Of a stretch of 64,000 nucleotides of DNA, positions 62,201-64,000 are shown in pieces. The translations under genes were made by a program, and so were the position numbers. The notes beneath the pieces were generated by a model, which searched no databases, was not told where the DNA came from, and saw nothing but the letters and a program-made list of their open reading frames with translations. Origin of the DNA: Klebsormidium nitens (Eukaryota > Plantae > Klebsormidiophyceae); NCBI GenBank assembly GCA_000708835.1, contig DF237194.1:23317-87316 (forward strand). The letters are read 5' to 3'. Each line of letters starts with the position of its first letter. The stretch's first letter is position 1.

Positions 62201-64000
62201 ACGGCATCAGATCATGAGCGAGCGGTCGTCGAGATTGTCAGAACCATTCTACGTTGCTTCTAAAAGCGACCCCCTAAATCTAGTCTGCATCAAGAAACAC
62301 CATTGGGCGCTTTAAGTTGCTGGCAGAGTACGCGGGGCTCTCAGCCAGAAAGGTAACGGTGGACCTATGAGTCAAAGCGCAGGTTTCTGTCTACGACGAA
62401 AAAGCTTTTGACTTACAAAATCCTGTCCCAGACAATGGAGTCGGTACTAAGACCAGTGGGAGATCTCGGACACGCTGACTCTGCCAAGGCTCCACCGACC
62501 TAGATCTCACCAGAATTAGGTGTGGTTCGCGGCAATTGCCGAGCAAAGGAGTAGGCTGTGAGTAAAGACGGCATGCTGCTATGATCTCTGAGGCTATAGG
62601 CTAACAAGACCAATCGACTAATCCTATTGATTGCAGTGAATTATGGGTTTCCTATTTGGGAAGAAAAGGTGTGAAAGAAGAGGCTTCAGCGGGTCCCAAA
62701 GCTGACTGACTGGCTTCAGATCAGATGCTGAGCAGGAAGTTTGACGGCTACCACAAGACATTACGTCGTGAATAGTTCGTCAATGGCAGATCGGTTTTGC
62801 ATCTGAAAGGTTCAGGGTTAGCTAACCGCCTGTGACCGCGGTGGACGTTGTTTAGGAAACTTTCGCGGGTCCTATAGAGAGTCTCCCGCAAGACAAGCGA
62901 TGAGAGTGAATTGTCGGCTGCACGTCTTTCGTGCCTTATCAACGAACGCCTCGGAAGTCCCCTTCTTGCAGTAAGTTAGAATTTCGTGATTTGCATAATG
63001 GTCAAGATCGAGTCCCCATCTTCCAACCTTCGATCCGAGGCGGCGTATCCAACAAGCGCTGAACGTCAACGAAATTTAAATTCCGGTAGTGAGCGCAAAT
63101 TTAGAAAAAAATGCAGAACAACTTGTACTTTTGCAAGCACATCTGTAGAAATATCCTCACAGTCCACAAATTCTGGCAACGGATCAAATGTTCTCACAAA
63201 GGTCTCCGGTGAAAGGTGAAACAATTATTCCGAGTGGCAGAAGGTGGCTCGTAGCGAGATGATTCAGCAACCGGATGAGTGCCCTGATTGTGGTTTTGAA
63301 TTGCAACGGATCGTCAAGCGCGGCTGCGTTCATCGCTTTAGCGGAGACGGTCACCCACCGCCATCTGAGAAGCCTTCGATCTGCGGAGAAACAAACCTTC
63401 AAATTCTTTCAAACTGGTAGGACCGTGATTGGTAGGCATCAGGAAATCTCAAATCGCTTGCAAAAGCCTCTGCATAGGTTAAGCTAGCTAAATATTGTGC
63501 GGGACGTTCTTTGGCGCCTGCGGACACGTCTGGCCGGCATCCGACAGACTACCTCGCACAGTTCAAGCTTTGAAGTTGGATTTGGTTGCAACCTCAAAGG
63601 ATGCCTCATTCCTCACCAGCCTCGGTCTGCGATATGCTTAATGTTTGGAGCTCTGCGCGATGTCCCCGCCTCTCAGCAGAGCGACTTAGTTCAGGTTGGG
63701 CCGCGTAAGCACCATTCTCGTCGACAAGCAGGTTCTACGCTAGAACCGGGAACTTACAAAGTTGCCCCGAAAGGATGTAGATCGGAGTAACTATACGGAA
63801 TATCAAGCGCCGGCACGAAGTCGTAATGGAGTTGTAAGGTTTACAACATTAGCCCTCATCCTTGTCTTGGCTGAATTCACTATACATCTGGATGAAAAGC
63901 CTCATTTTCATCATGATATTCATCATTCTGTTCGTTGTTCTCAGCGGAAGTATAAAAATATGTGAAGTTTTATCTTCTTTCGCATCCTCCTCCTCCTCCG

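Overview
Eukaryotic nuclear DNA with GT-AG introns and GC-rich exons. The gene set is land-plant-like (NusG/pTAC13, CRR7, VPS45, R3H-SUZ, bZIP17/28 type), and there are TTTTAGGG/AAACCCTA motifs. This fits a streptophyte alga such as Klebsormidium, which is an inference. I could reconstruct six multi-exon genes exon by exon by hand: a NusG-like plastid protein with two KOW motifs, a PhyH-family 2OG-Fe(II) dioxygenase, VPS45, an R3H-SUZ protein with a prion-like tail, a conserved unknown protein, and a membrane-tethered bZIP. CRR7 is recognisable from its conserved exon. There is also an intronless multi-pass membrane protein containing a WW domain and a partial F-box-like ORF at the left edge. 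The most striking unexplained pattern is that introns of four unrelated genes carry about 17-20 degenerate, same-orientation copies ('echoes') of the neighbouring exon boundary. Echoes upstream of an exon copy its acceptor and 5' end; echoes downstream copy its 3' end and donor. Many keep an intact AG or GT. Segments 33.5-36.3 kb, 50-56.6 kb and 59.5-64 kb hold ORF fragments I could not resolve. No rRNA, tRNA, CRISPR array or recognisable transposase was seen.
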